Shown here one piece after another: positions 1-12,199 of a DNA stretch of 64,000 nucleotides. The stretch comes from Octopus vulgaris (Eukaryota). The notes under the pieces were generated by a model. The model was not told where the DNA came from. It saw only the letters and a list, made by a program, of their open reading frames with translations, and did not search any database. A program made the position numbers and the translations under genes. How positions within the stretch are numbered: position 1 is the stretch's first letter; every line of letters begins with the position of its first letter. The stretch spans positions 57,784,001 through 57,848,000 of the forward strand of contig OX597825.1 in NCBI GenBank assembly GCA_951406725.2, written 5' to 3'.

Positions 1-62
1 ACTGACATACATATATACATACATGCATACATACATGTATACATACATACATATATATATAT

Positions 63-124
<62 letters not shown>

Positions 125-196
125 TATATACATACATATATATACATATATATATGTATATATGTATATATATATATATGTGTGTGTGTATATATG

Positions 197-228
<32 letters not shown>

Positions 229-245
229 CATACATACATATATAC

Positions 246-295
<50 letters not shown>

Positions 296-380
296 TACAG
301 ACATACATTCACACACACACAAGTCTGTGTATATAAATACATATATATACAAGCATACATTCAAACATACACACACATAT
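1..380. repeat. (TA)n/(TACA)n compound microsatellite
   Basis: Dinucleotide and tetranucleotide repeats visible directly; source of the spurious YI-rich ORFs. Confidence 0.97.
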
Positions 381-520
381 CTGTGTGTACTGTAATTCTC
401 CCTCCTGCCGAATTACAACTAAATCCGTTTTCTTGTCATGACTATCGTATTACGAAATAAAACCCGCTACTGGAAAAGAAAATGCGATAACTATCAAATA
501 ATATATACCTCGAATAACGT

Positions 521-565
521 GTTTACCATAGAAACAGTAACATAGAAACCGGGTTGCCAGGCAAC
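521..565. promoter_or_regulatory. Candidate RFX X-box cluster
   Basis: GTTTACCATAGAAAC (521-535), a CATAGAAAC half site (541-549) and palindromic GTTGCCAGGCAAC (553-565) fit the GTNRCC-N0-3-RGYAAC consensus. Confidence 0.5.
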
Positions 566-746
566 GAACTTTTTTTTATCTAAATGCAGACATACAGTAC
601 CCCGAAGTTTGTTTTCTAACAAACCCCTGTGATTTATTTGTTGCTAATAAAATTTCAAAATGTACGACATAATACTTGTATGGGAATCTTATATTTACTC
701 TATAAATTATTATATTATAGCTTTTTGCAGTAATTTTTGTACGTTT

Positions 747-960
747 GTCATTCAATTTGATAACTGAGTCATTCAAAGTCGCGAAAATAATTAGCACCAT
801 GAAGTTAGTCATTCAAATTCGTTTTTCAATCATTCAATTTTGCACTTCCGTTAAAGAATTTACGTCATTCAAATTAAAATGCCCGTCGGGAGTATTCAGA
901 AAAGTCGGGTTGCGAGGAAGAGTCTTTTAGAGCATTCAAATTCACACGTGAGCATTCGAG
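747..960 (+). repeat. Array of 8 short RTCATTCAA / AGCATTC-type motifs with unique spacers
   Basis: Motif copies at about 747, 768, 808, 829, 864, 890, 930 and 950, all in the same orientation. Confidence 0.75.
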
Positions 961-978
961 TTCGGAATAAGTTTATTC

Positions 979-1396
979 CTTTTCTACTCTAGGTACAAGG
1001 CCCGAAACTATGGGGGAGGGGACAATCGATTAGATCGACCCCAGTACGCAACTGGTACTTAATTTATCGACCCCGAAAGGATGAAAAGCAAAGTCGACCT
1101 CGGCAGAATTTGAACTCAGAACTAAAAACAAACGAAATACTTCTAAGCATTTCGCCCGGCGTGCAAAAGTTACTTATTTCTTTATTGCCCACAAGGGGCT
1201 AAACACAGAGGGGACAAACAAGGACAGACAAACGGATTAAGTCGATTACATCGACCCCAGTGCGTAACTGGTCCTTAATTTATCGACCCTGAAAGGATGA
1301 AAGGCAAAGTCGACCTCAGCGGAATTTGAACTCAGAACGTAGCGGCGGACGAAATACCACAAAGCATTTCGCCCGGTTTCTGACAGCTCACCGTCT
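979..1396 (-). mobile_element. Two nested tRNA-derived SINEs with a Meta-like central domain, flanked by an 18-bp TSD
   Basis: Two copies of the GCCTTTCATCCTTTCGGGGTCGATAAATTAAGTACCAG-like core on the minus strand; TTCGGAATAAGTTTATTC occurs at both 961-978 and 1397-1414. Confidence 0.9.
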
Positions 1397-1949
1397 TTCG
1401 GAATAAGTTTATTCAATTTAGCACTAATTTTACATGTATTTTTCCTAACATTCTCAGAAGTGAATGTTAAAAATGACAAATTCAAATGACATGTTTTATC
1501 ATGCAAGTTTTATTATGTTGCTTTAGCTATAAGGAAGAAACAAATTACGTGATTCTTCTCTCGACGAAAGTCTTTTTCGTTGCTACATTCATAACCGGTC
1601 GGTATCAGCATGGAACCACGAACATTTGAAACAATCAGGAAATTAAATGATCTGTGCTACCCTCAAGAACCCATTAGTAAACTGAAAGCTAGCAACGAAC
1701 TTCATGTAGTGCGAGAAAATAAATTATTTGAAGCACGACCTGCACTGAGGGCTAGGAAACAGTGTATAAATGCTAATTCTACCTAAACGAGGCAGAGGCG
1801 GTATATCTAAGTATCAAATAGTCAAAATGAACTGACTACATCGAAATCACTGTTAATTACGACTGGAATAAGGAAATGATAGATGTGGTAGGTTTTAATT
1901 CAATGTTTTTTATTATAATTGTTTTGCTGATCTAGGAAGGTCTGCAACT

Positions 1950-2130
1950 GCATGTATGTATGTATGTATGTATGTATGTATGTATGTATGTATGTATGTA
2001 TGTATGTATGCATGTATGTGTGTATGTATGTATGTGTGTATGTATGCATGTATGCATGTATGTATGTATGTATGTATATATGTATGTATGTATGTGTATG
2101 TGTGTATGTATGTATGTATGTATGTATGTA

Positions 2131-2177
<47 letters not shown>

Positions 2178-2345
2178 ATGTATGTATGTTATAATTCAGT
2201 TTTATTTCAAAATTTCTTGCCATTAGATAAAGAGCCGGTTCCTAATCTACAACAAAAGCTCCTTCATTGGAATTTCAGCATCAACAGGGAATTAATGTAT
2301 GTGTGCAGTTTTTGTATGTATGTATGTATGTATGTATGTATGTTT
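1950..2345. repeat. (TATG)n/(TG)n microsatellite with an embedded ~110-bp non-repetitive segment
   Basis: Direct observation. Confidence 0.9.
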
Positions 2346-2688
2346 GTATTGATCGATCCGTTTAAACACCCTTCTCTTTAGCTACCGTTCCACTTACCTA
2401 CCTATTTATTAAACTATCAGCCAACGTTGTTTTATCTATTTATCGTTTATTGCACCCTCTTATATATGTACTTACCAACCTATATCTTTCCTTATCTACA
2501 TTCCAATCTTCATATTCGCCAACCTGTCTACCTTATAATATAAACCAGGATGCGAACATTTAGAGTTTGTGACACAACTAATAGGATATGTAATATGTGA
2601 CCAGAAAATTTTCGATATAGGCACATGCATGGCCGTATGATTAAAAAACTCGCTTCGTAGTAATGATGATGATGATGATGATGATGAT

Positions 2689-3900
2689 ACGTTAGAGCTT
2701 GTGTTGTATTTGCAGTAAGACTTTACGTGAAAATTTCAAATAAAACCACATGGGGAGCAAACCCTGCAAAATATCCTTCTCATTCTTTGCAATGAAGACA
2801 ACAATTTCAAACCCGAATAACAAACAGCTGAACGGGAAGATTCCCCTGTATGTCCAAAACACCAGATCTCCCACGACTGGCAGGGGCCCCTCAGATGGCA
2901 ATGGAGTGGAAGATCAGACTCCACCAAGTCGTAGTTCTTTTACTGGCCAAAATATGTAACGTGCTCGCAAATGCAAGTGGTCTGTTGATATGAACAAAAA
3001 GGCAATTAAATGTCAGACAAGAACAATAACAAATGAAAAGCTGTTGGAAAAAGATCATTAGCACTTTCGAACCAGCTCGTTATGTTCCAGATCACTGAAA
3101 ATGGGCTCATGAATCAGATAAGAATAATTCAGAATAGAAGCTTTCTTAATGAGGTCCATATTGAGACAAACTGGAAAAGCCTCCGTAGTGTTGATAACCT
3201 CGAGGAGAATAATGTAGGTGAAGATCAGCGAATGCGTAAACAAGGTGAAGCTGTAGTAGGGGAGAGGCCGGTCAATGTAGAAAACCCTGTATTACGAGAG
3301 GATATGAAATGTAGAAAACCCTGTACTATGAGAGGATGTGACTGAAGGACAGAGAAACCCCAGGGTAAGACTCGTGGATATAATAGTTACAAGAAAGAGA
3401 TCAAGTCGGTGAATTTGAGAAGCTTTGACCGTAACAATGTGAAACGCTCAACCCAAAAAGTTGGTGAGATTATGAAATACATCCTCACAAACGATCTAAC
3501 GGAAACAAGGGACTTGATCAGATTCACTTCAATTTTATTAGGTGGACTGGTTGGAAAGAAAGAGAGGAAAGGAGATGGACAGAAGAAACCATGGTGGAAG
3601 TGGAGAATTGAAGGCGATATTCTAACTTTGGTAAAGATCTGAGTCGCATAGAAGAATGGTCCAAATGGAAATGGAAAAATGCTAAAAAAGGTGCAAGTGC
3701 ATATCTTGACGCAAAATACCAAATACAAATGAAAGGGTTCAAAATTGTTATCGAAACCAAAAACGACATGAGCGGGCAAAAACAGTAAAGGTGCAACGCT
3801 ACGTTGATCGCATATCGCAGTTCCAGCAAAACAGATTATTCTCAAATAACCAGAGGCAGTTTTTAAGAGTCTAGGAGGAGATACAGAAGATAAATATACT
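2689..3900 (+). mobile_element. 5' part of a decayed R4/Dong-like (RLE) non-LTR retrotransposon
   Basis: Broken ORF with KWSVDMNKKAIKC, KPWWKWRIEGDI and AKTVKVQRYVDRISQFQQNRLFSNNQRQF..LGG, resembling the pre-RT region of R4/Dong proteins; starts right after a (GAT)n tract; has stops and frameshifts. Confidence 0.7.
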
Positions 3901-4444
3901 GTTCGTCAGCAATAATGTTAATATAGGTATACTAATAAGATGCCCGTTGATTCTCCTGAGTTGATCTTCCCTTTGACAAATTTTGCTTTTCGTCTTGCAA
4001 GAAGTGTCCAAATAAAAAACAATTCTGTCTATCAGGGAATGCATGGGGTAATTCCTTGTTCAGTAGCTGACCATCCTATTGTGTTGCCAACTCTACGGCA
4101 TCTGGTCAGATGCAAGAAGAGGGCCTATTTAACATCGGCTGACAGCCTTTTACATATGGACTACTGAAACACCATATGTAGAGGGCTGCAGACGTGGTGT
4201 CACTTTATCACCACAGCTCTCTTTATGTACATAATGTTAGATAACCACGTTAACGAAACTGAATCCTCGGGTGATTGTCTCTCACATACCAAGTATATAG
4301 CTACACAGTAGGATGGACCTGTTCACTATTGAACCACTACTGTAAGGGTTAGGTGATGATGGTCTTAAAGTAACAATAGAAATGTTATGGGTCGTTACTA
4401 CGAGAGTGAAAGTGGCAAAATAGGATACAGAAAAAGAATTCATA

Positions 4445-4655
4445 GAATATTGGTTTCAAATGTTGGCACATAACCAGCAGTTTCATGGGAAGAGTAAGTC
4501 GATTACATCAACCTCAGTGTTCAACTGTTACTTATTTTATCCATCCCGAAAGGCAAAGTTGACCTCAGCGGAATTTGAACTCAGAACGTAAAGACGGACG
4601 GAATGCCGTTAAGCATGTTTCTCGGCGTGCTACCGATTCTGCCAACTTGTCGTTC
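4445..4655 (-). mobile_element. tRNA-derived SINE (Meta-like core family)
   Basis: Homologous to 979-1396 (GGAATTTGAACTCAGAACGTAAAGACGG etc.). Confidence 0.85.
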
Positions 4656-5269
4656 AGGAAGGGACATGTTCCCCGTCACATGACAAAGACTTCTAGATCA
4701 GAAAAATCAAAGCAAGAGAAGACAATTATCCCAGTTGGAGCTGGAAGAGATCGTCAGGACAGTGAGGGACAAAGAATATGGTTACGTAGGAGAGGAAGTT
4801 GAACAAGAAATAGATGAAAGATCAATGAATCATTAGAAAGAAAGAAGAGAGTGGAGGGAATAATTTTTACTTCATGGAGGGAAAGGATATCATAGAAGAG
4901 GAAGGGAACTTACTTCAATGAAACGAAGATTTGGTAGGAGAGTGAGATTACCAGCTAAGAGAAGAATCGAAAATATAAGCAAACCTGCTGTATCCAGCAG
5001 TCATCGCTCTTGTTCATTGTCATAAGACGATGGGGAAGGTGGGGTGCTCTTGGTAATGGCCTTCAGAGAGGGTCACTCTGTTTCATTGTCAACTCTTGAG
5101 TTGACAATCCCTTTCGACTTTCCCTGCTGACACTGACCTGCTGTTAATGCCCTGAAGGGCAACCTCTCCTACAGCTCTTCAGAGCAGGAAACTCTTAAGT
5201 TGCTTTTAACTGTCACATGAGCAACAAACGAGCCCTTTGATTCGTATCACAAGTCTTAAAGTCTTATAC

Positions 5270-5279
5270 TCTGTCTGTC

Positions 5280-5316
<37 letters not shown>

Positions 5317-5317
5317 T

Positions 5318-5392
<75 letters not shown>

Positions 5393-5420
5393 GTCTGTCG
5401 ATCTATCTGTCTATTTCTCT
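5270..5420. repeat. (CTGT)n/(CT)n/(CTAT)n microsatellite
   Basis: Direct observation. Confidence 0.95.
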
Positions 5421-6504
5421 CATCACATCCTCTAGGAAGAACCTCTGAATAATGTTGTGGTCTTCCGTGATCCTCAGGACATGTATGTCTATAAAGACCT
5501 GTAAGGTCATGTCAGTGCTGACGACCTGTCCGTAATGTGTTACGTTCCTAAGTTCAACGTTGTCTCTGATGTTTTTTTATTTTACTGAAGCCTCCATAGT
5601 TCTTCATTCCATATCCTGAGGAACCATCTTGTGAGCCTGCATGTGATGTACTAACTCAGTATGTTAATTCAACCAATCCTCAGTTTTAAAACTATGCATG
5701 TAGTTCGTTCCAGATTATCTTCGCCCGATGTAGGAGATACCACATCACCTTTCAACAAGTGTTACCACCAGCTATTCTTTGAATGGCACAAGACAAGCCT
5801 CTGTAGCTTTCACAATGCGCAAATAAGTTAAGGAACAGTAACTTGTTTTGGTTCCGTAGCATTGCTGCATTGCTTTCCGATCAGCCAAATACACCATACA
5901 CAACATTCGTCCACTGTAAATGACATTGCTAAAGAACAAGAAAAGATTTTCTACTTAAATTGCTAATATTAAAAAAATATAGGTTTGGCAAGAACTGTAT
6001 GTATGTGTGAGTGTTGTTATTACTATTATTGTTTGTTTTTCTCGCTGAGAATATTTAAGTCAAGATTACTACCGTAACCTATCATAAAGTCATTATTTTT
6101 TCACCGTGTGTCTGTTTAGTGATGGTAGCCATCTTTTTCTGGTCTTCCCTTTTTCTTTCCTTTCCTTTGATTCGTGCTAAATATTTTTTTCACTATTATT
6201 TTAAATGGGGGCGTATATGTTTATATTGGGGTTACTACCACTGTAGTGAACAATCCTTCCAGATACTCCTGCTACGGAAAACTGCGGTGTATTATGAGTA
6301 AGAGAAATGTTTGAAAATATAAATGTAAAATGTCGAAAGACAAGCCTAATTTTTTCGCCTCAAGGTAAAGCGAGGTGAACAGGAGTTATATTAGTCAAAC
6401 TTTATCTCAACTAAAGTTGTCCCAAGAAACTTTCATTAAATCCAATCATGATAAACGTATTTTTGTTATAGATCTAGTTTGGGGGCATATGTTCAACTTG
6501 AAGT

Positions 6505-6505
6505 G

Positions 6506-6569
<64 letters not shown>

Positions 6570-6594
6570 AAATAATAATAATGATAAAATAATG

Positions 6595-6644
<50 letters not shown>

Positions 6645-6666
6645 TATTATTATTATTATTATTATT
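6505..6666. repeat. (CTA)n-(TAA)n-(TTA)n compound microsatellite
   Basis: Direct observation; orientation flips near 6642. Confidence 0.95.
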
Positions 6667-6928
6667 CAGTAGTTTTATTTTTATTTTTATAGCGTGCTTT
6701 CACTTCACTACCGAGCGCAGCTCTGTGTGCCTTGGGTATGTGCTGTGATTTGTTGTGATGCTCTGATGGTTATTGTATGGAAAGTGTTCTGCGTAGGATG
6801 TGTGCAGTGCCTAGTAGTGCAATTTTCTGTATGTTATATGTGTTTGTAAGTCCTGGTGTTTTTGTTATGTATTTGTCTGAATATTTTTTTATCATGCCTA
6901 ATGCACCTACTATGATAGGAATTGTTTC

Positions 6929-6931
<3 letters not shown>
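6667..6931 (-). mobile_element. 3' end of an R4/Dong-like non-LTR retrotransposon within (TAA)n
   Basis: Minus strand reads TETIPIIVGALGMIKKYSDKYITKTPGLTNTYNIQKIALLGTAHILRRTLSIQ*, a typical RLE C-terminus, then ~100 nt of 3' UTR and (TAA)n; TTA repeats flank both sides. Confidence 0.85.
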
Positions 6932-7004
<73 letters not shown>

Positions 7005-7008
<4 letters not shown>

Positions 7009-7224
7009 TCCTTTCTACTAAAGGTACAAGCCCTGAAATTTGGGTAGAGTGAGGACTAGTCGGTTACATCGACTCCGGTGTTTCACTGGTACTTAATTAA
7101 TCGATCCCAAAAGGTTGAAAAGCAAAGTCGACCTCGGCGATATTTGAACTCAGAACGTAAAGACGGACGAAATGCCGCTAAGCATATTGCCCGGCGTGCA
7201 AACAATTCTACTAACTCGCCGCCT
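7005..7224 (-). mobile_element. tRNA-derived SINE (Meta-like core family)
   Basis: Full head (GGCGGCGAGTTAGTAGAATTG..), core and tail homologous to the other copies. Confidence 0.9.
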
Positions 7225-7762
7225 CAAGCAGCGGCTCTCATGGTTTCTGATCGTAACTGATTGGAAGTGTTATCATGTACATTGTTTTGTCTTGGTATAA
7301 AAGATGGGCTACAGTAAATAGTCTGCTCAATACCACAGATTTGCTTGTCAGTTGCTTGACCTTAACCAGTTGAGCATGTCCCTTAGTGGCTGACGATATG
7401 TGCATCTCTGACCACGAGCAGAAGTAGTAGGGGAGCATCATAGCCATGTGTTGAGAGGGATTCTTTGGTGTTTGGATAATTCACGTTTGAAAACATGGGT
7501 CTTTCGTTCAACATCCTTAAGCAACCCTTATTCAGGGATATTTTGAGCAGGATGGGCTACTCGACCAGAAGAAAATTCTAACTGGGCCCACCTGAGAGGT
7601 CATGCGCTGTTTATCTTGATTTGAGATCACTATGTCATGCATATGTGGTTGTGATGTATGCGCCTAATGTACCCTTATCAGACAGGTAGTCATGATGGGT
7701 ATATTGGGCTTCGTATATTTTACCCCAATGTCACTTTGATGGCCTGCACTGCTCTCTCACTA
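7225..7762 (+). mobile_element. Non-coding ~540-bp interspersed element ending in (TAA)n
   Basis: Homologous over its length to 57337-57896 (minus) and partly to 51160-51335; followed by (TAA)n at 7763-7825. Confidence 0.85.
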
Positions 7763-7825
<63 letters not shown>

Positions 7826-7826
<1 letters not shown>

Positions 7827-8000
7827 TCCCTTTCTCCAATAGGCACTAGGCCTGAAATTTGGGGGAAGGGTTAAGTCGACCCCAGTACCCCACTGGTACT
7901 TAATTTATCGACCCCGAAAGGATGAAAGGCAAAATCGACTTCGGCAAAAATGAACTCAGAACGTCAAGACAGACGAAATACCGGTAAGCATTTTTCCCGG
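7826..8000 (-). mobile_element. Head-truncated Meta-like SINE
   Basis: Core ACTGGTACTTAATTTATCGACCCCGAAAGGATGAAAGGCAAA. Confidence 0.85.
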
Positions 8001-8003
8001 TGT

Positions 8004-8034
<31 letters not shown>

Positions 8035-9123
8035 GGTGATGATGATGACGGAGTCTCCCGTCGAAGACAACATACGAGTGTTCAGCTTTTGCCGAATGAC
8101 CTATAGAAATGATTTGTTTATAGTGATCAAATATGTTAGCTCACTCTCTCCATCAAATCGACGTTGCTTGAACAGGGGCACAGTGTACTACACGTCGGGT
8201 GTCGGAGTGATCGCAGAGCAACGTGAAATGAAGTATTTTGCCCCAAAATACAATACCCCAAAAGGTCTAGGAATTGAAGCCACGGTCTCACAATCATGAG
8301 TGCAACACCTTAGCCACTAGGATATGCGCCCTAATGCTAGATGTTCAAGCAGATTCCACGCAACTACAAGCTGTTGAAGTTCACCTCAGCGTTCACCACT
8401 CGCCAGCACTGTACAGTAATAGATGAAGGCAGGCCAGTAGTTAATATCAGTACTTTTTCTCAGTACGAACCCGCTATTCGTTCCTCCCCACCCATGTACT
8501 GAGGCGCCACTCTATGGGTAGGTGTGAAGGCTACCCGGTCAGTCTGTCTACTCGTCAGATCGTTAGTCTTAAAAATCAGAACACGCTTTTATATACCTTG
8601 TCCCAGTCGAGGGAGTACACCTTTCATAATTCGACCAGTGTTACCTCTATTTTCTCTTTCGGGGTCATAATGAGAACCTTGCCCCTTGATAATGTATCAC
8701 TTAAATACCAGTGACTCATTAGTAATTACTCTCTTGACACAAAAACTACGAAAGGGAAAATTGACCTTGATGGCAGGGATTTGAACTGAAAACGAAAAGG
8801 ACTATAGCTAAACACCATAAGATATTTTATCCGATGGTCAATTTTTTTTTAAAGTTACAGTATAAAGATATGGACGATAGTGGAGAAATTGAACAAATTA
8901 ATTACGGGACTAGATTTTTAGGCATCCGGATGTTCTCTTCTTCCTTGTTTTGTATTTTTATATTTCTTTTTTTATCATTATCATAGTTATTTCGGGGGCA
9001 TGTTAACAACACCTGTATGAATAGGGACAGATATGTATAAAATGTGAAGTATGTATTGGATAGGAACTAAACTAGCCCTGAATAACTGGCGGAAATTTTT
9101 CTGTTGTTTTTCAATGAGCATAT

Positions 9124-9124
<1 letters not shown>

Positions 9125-9176
<52 letters not shown>

Positions 9177-9240
9177 TATTATTATTATTATTATTATTGT
9201 TGTTGTTGTTGTTGCTGCTGCTGCTGTTGTTGTTGTTCTT
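9125..9240. repeat. (CAT)n(TAT)n(TGT)n(TGC)n(TGT)n compound trinucleotide repeat
   Basis: Direct observation. Confidence 0.95.
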
Positions 9241-11606
9241 GTTATCATTTACGAACCCTGGCAAGTTAGTTATTGTTTATTGGGTGGTCCAGCTGTTTAA
9301 AGGACGTTTTTATACAATTTCCTGAAAGTAAATATTTCTCTAAACTAATGGGAGTGTTATGTAACTAATACCAATGAATGCCATTCCTGAAATTTAGGTG
9401 AAAAAGGCCGCCTTGCTTCGCTTAAATTAACTGAATAAGCAGACGTAGAAGATTTAAAAAGCCACTTTCGTTATCGTTTAGCGTTAACATTATAAGGACA
9501 TCACAAACTATTTGAAATATTCACAAACACACTCTTCAGATAATTCTGTCTTCTATCCATCCTAGCACTATCATTTTCTTTGTTTTTGTAAGTTTAATAT
9601 TTTATCATGTTTTCTGGCTGTTTCTCCGTTTTGTTTTGTTTACTGTTCCGTCTAACCAACACTGTTCTGTCTTCAGCTTTTATCACACTCGAATTTAATC
9701 TTTTATCAGTATGTTTATGAGATATTGACCGAGTATAGAAACTATCGGATATTTACATAAATACACTCAAGCTTATTTCTTCCGTAACTAACATATTATT
9801 TATTCGGTAATGGCGGCTTACTTGAAAGTAACAAAATAGGCAGACGACAAGATGAAATGAAAAGATATATTTTCGTTATTGTTATGTTCTCGAAAAAAAA
9901 ATTGTTGAATACATAAATAACTTAAATTTCTTCGCATTTTATCATCTATTCTTTCGTTATTTCTTTATATTCTATTTCACTGTTATCTTTTTGTTCTCGT
10001 GTTTTGTTTCCTGGTTTATCTGTTTAAACTCCCCAAGAGTATTGTAAATGAAGTTTTCAGCTGGGGAGTGAAATCACATTCTGGTTGGTTTCTTCTTGCT
10101 TTCTTCGATGTTTCTCTTCCTATTTCCTCTTTGAATATCTGTTTTCGTATTCCTACGATCTTCATCACTCTAGAATTTTCTGTCTTTTCGAGATTTGGAG
10201 AATGAGTTAGAGTACTGGCGACCAAAAGTATTACATTATATCACTAGAGATATAAATAACGTGGCTAGAAATATCACAAAAGATATTGATGAACTTGACC
10301 AGATATATTAATATGACCAAACATATTAACCACTGAGACCAGAGGTATTAAGCAATTAATAATTAACTCTATCCACTTTTTTTATTTGCACAGAAAACCT
10401 GCAATACTTTCCGATTCCTCAGGTGTGTTGAAAGTGTAGAATGCAGGGTTGCAGACAGCCGGAAACTCTTTTTTTAAATCATAGATCTTCTCGTTTAGGA
10501 CAAGTTTTGGGCTTAGCCACAACATCAACGAGAAAGAACTGAATTAAGAAACTAGAAAATTGTACTCTTTTCTAGTTCCACGATGCATTGCAATAGAAAA
10601 AAACAAGACAGAAAAGGAGCCTTTACGTGCTTGTTCGACATGCCAGAAATAGCAGCCAAAGCTTCTTTGTAACTCACCTCTATTGTCAATAAAATAAGAG
10701 AGACGTCTGTCTAAGATAATGTTGTCCTAGTTAACTTATTCATAGATACACAAAGGCAAGAGGATCACAATTTGAACACCGTTGATCATAGATCTACTGG
10801 GCCAAAGTCTATCTGGGAGTAAACAACAACAACAACAACAATAACAACATCAACAATAGCAATGGAGACAAATATAATAGATAATTGCCATCTGAGTGTC
10901 ATACTAAACGTATACACACCGTTGAAAGGCATAAAATATCTTCATAGACTCGCTTTCATCTACTAAAGCGAAATTCTTGCTTTGAGATATAGGAAACAAT
11001 TAGGAAAATTAGCCGAGCTGTAAAAAAATCTCAATGAAGGCAAGAGAAACAGCATTAAACTAAAATCGTTAGAAGGTGACAAGAAGTTGCACTGAATTGA
11101 CAAACTCTAAATAGGATGAAATGCGTTCTTGTGAGTCACTGCTGCAACAATATTCGCTTTGCACCGACATTGTGTTTTTAACACAACTTGTCTCTATGAA
11201 AAGATTTTCTCCCAGACAAAAACCACGGCATAATATCTTTTAATAGTATATATATATATATTTAGTTATGATACACAGATGACAGTTTAAATATGATGCT
11301 GTTTCAATTGACTTCAATGAGACAAAAAAGATAAAACAACACAATATTTTGCTGCATAGTTGATAAGACTGGTATTAGTGATCACAGTCATATTATAGGA
11401 CAGTTTGATCAAGTTTGTCTTCGGGCTTTACAACAACAACAACAACAATTAAATGGTGTATGGTAAAATCAGGAGCATTCAGGAATGTATGGCAATGTGG
11501 TGCTATTCGGACAGAGTCAAACAGAAACAATATAAAAAAAAAGAAAAGAAATCTATTATACATTGTGGCTGTTGTCTCTTTTGTGTTATCGTTATTACTG
11601 TTGTTA

Positions 11607-12020
11607 TGGCGGCGAGCTGGCAAAATTGTTAGCGGCATTTCGACCGTCTTTACGTTGTGAGTTTAAATGCCGCTGAGGTCGACTTTACCTTTCATCTTTA
11701 CGAGGTCGATAAAATAAATATCAATTAAGTACTGGGATCGATATAATCGACTCAACCCATCCCCTAAAGTTGTTTACTTTGTACCAAAAATTCAAACCGT
11801 TATTATCGCTATTGTTATTGGCGGTGAGCTGACAAAATTGTTAGCACACCAGGTAGAATGTTTTGTGGCATTTCGTTCGACTTTACGTTCTGATGTCGAA
11901 TTTGCCTTTCATCTTTACGAGGTCGATAAAATAAATATCAATTGAGCACTGGTGTCGATATAATCGACTTAACCCATCCACCGAAACTGTTGGCCTTGTG
12001 CCGAAACCTGAAACTCTCAT
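11607..12020 (+). mobile_element. Tandem pair of Meta-like SINEs
   Basis: Two heads (GGCGGCGAGCTGGCA near 11608, GGCGGTGAGCTGACA near 11820), each followed by the core. Confidence 0.85.
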
Positions 12021-12199
12021 TACTGCAGCTGTTGTTGTTTCTGTTGCTGTTTTGGCCGTTGATCTTCCAGCTGTAGCTTTTCTCGTTGTTGCTGGTAGTG
12101 GTGGTGTTTTTGTTGTTGCTGCTGCCGTTGTTATTGGTGTTGTTGCCACCGTTCTCATTGTCATCGTTGCCGTTATCGTCGTTATTCCTGTTTCTGCCA

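Noticed and set aside
23-460. ORFs rich in YI, MYVC, HTYI, CV or LSIY, here and throughout the window
   Set aside because: They are translations of stop-free (TA)n, (TATG)n, (TG)n and (TATC)n microsatellites with no protein-like complexity.
385-470. Minus-strand exon after a strong TTTTCTTTTCCAG acceptor
   Set aside because: All three frames hit stops and the donor is weak; at most a UTR exon, which is not supportable.
747-960. CRISPR-like repeat-spacer appearance
   Set aside because: Repeats are only ~9 bp and degenerate, spacing is irregular, no cas genes are present and the context is eukaryotic.
5450-5930. Possible very old Tc1/mariner N-terminal remnant on the minus strand
   Set aside because: Only vague peptide resemblance; no catalytic motif or TIR could be verified.
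10016-10225. 69-aa minus-strand ORF with protein-like composition
   Set aside because: Non-ATG start, no recognisable domain and no convincing splice sites.
10240-10352. Degenerate ~20-bp repeats (CCAGATATATTAA-like)
   Set aside because: Too degenerate and AT-rich to distinguish from a decayed minisatellite.
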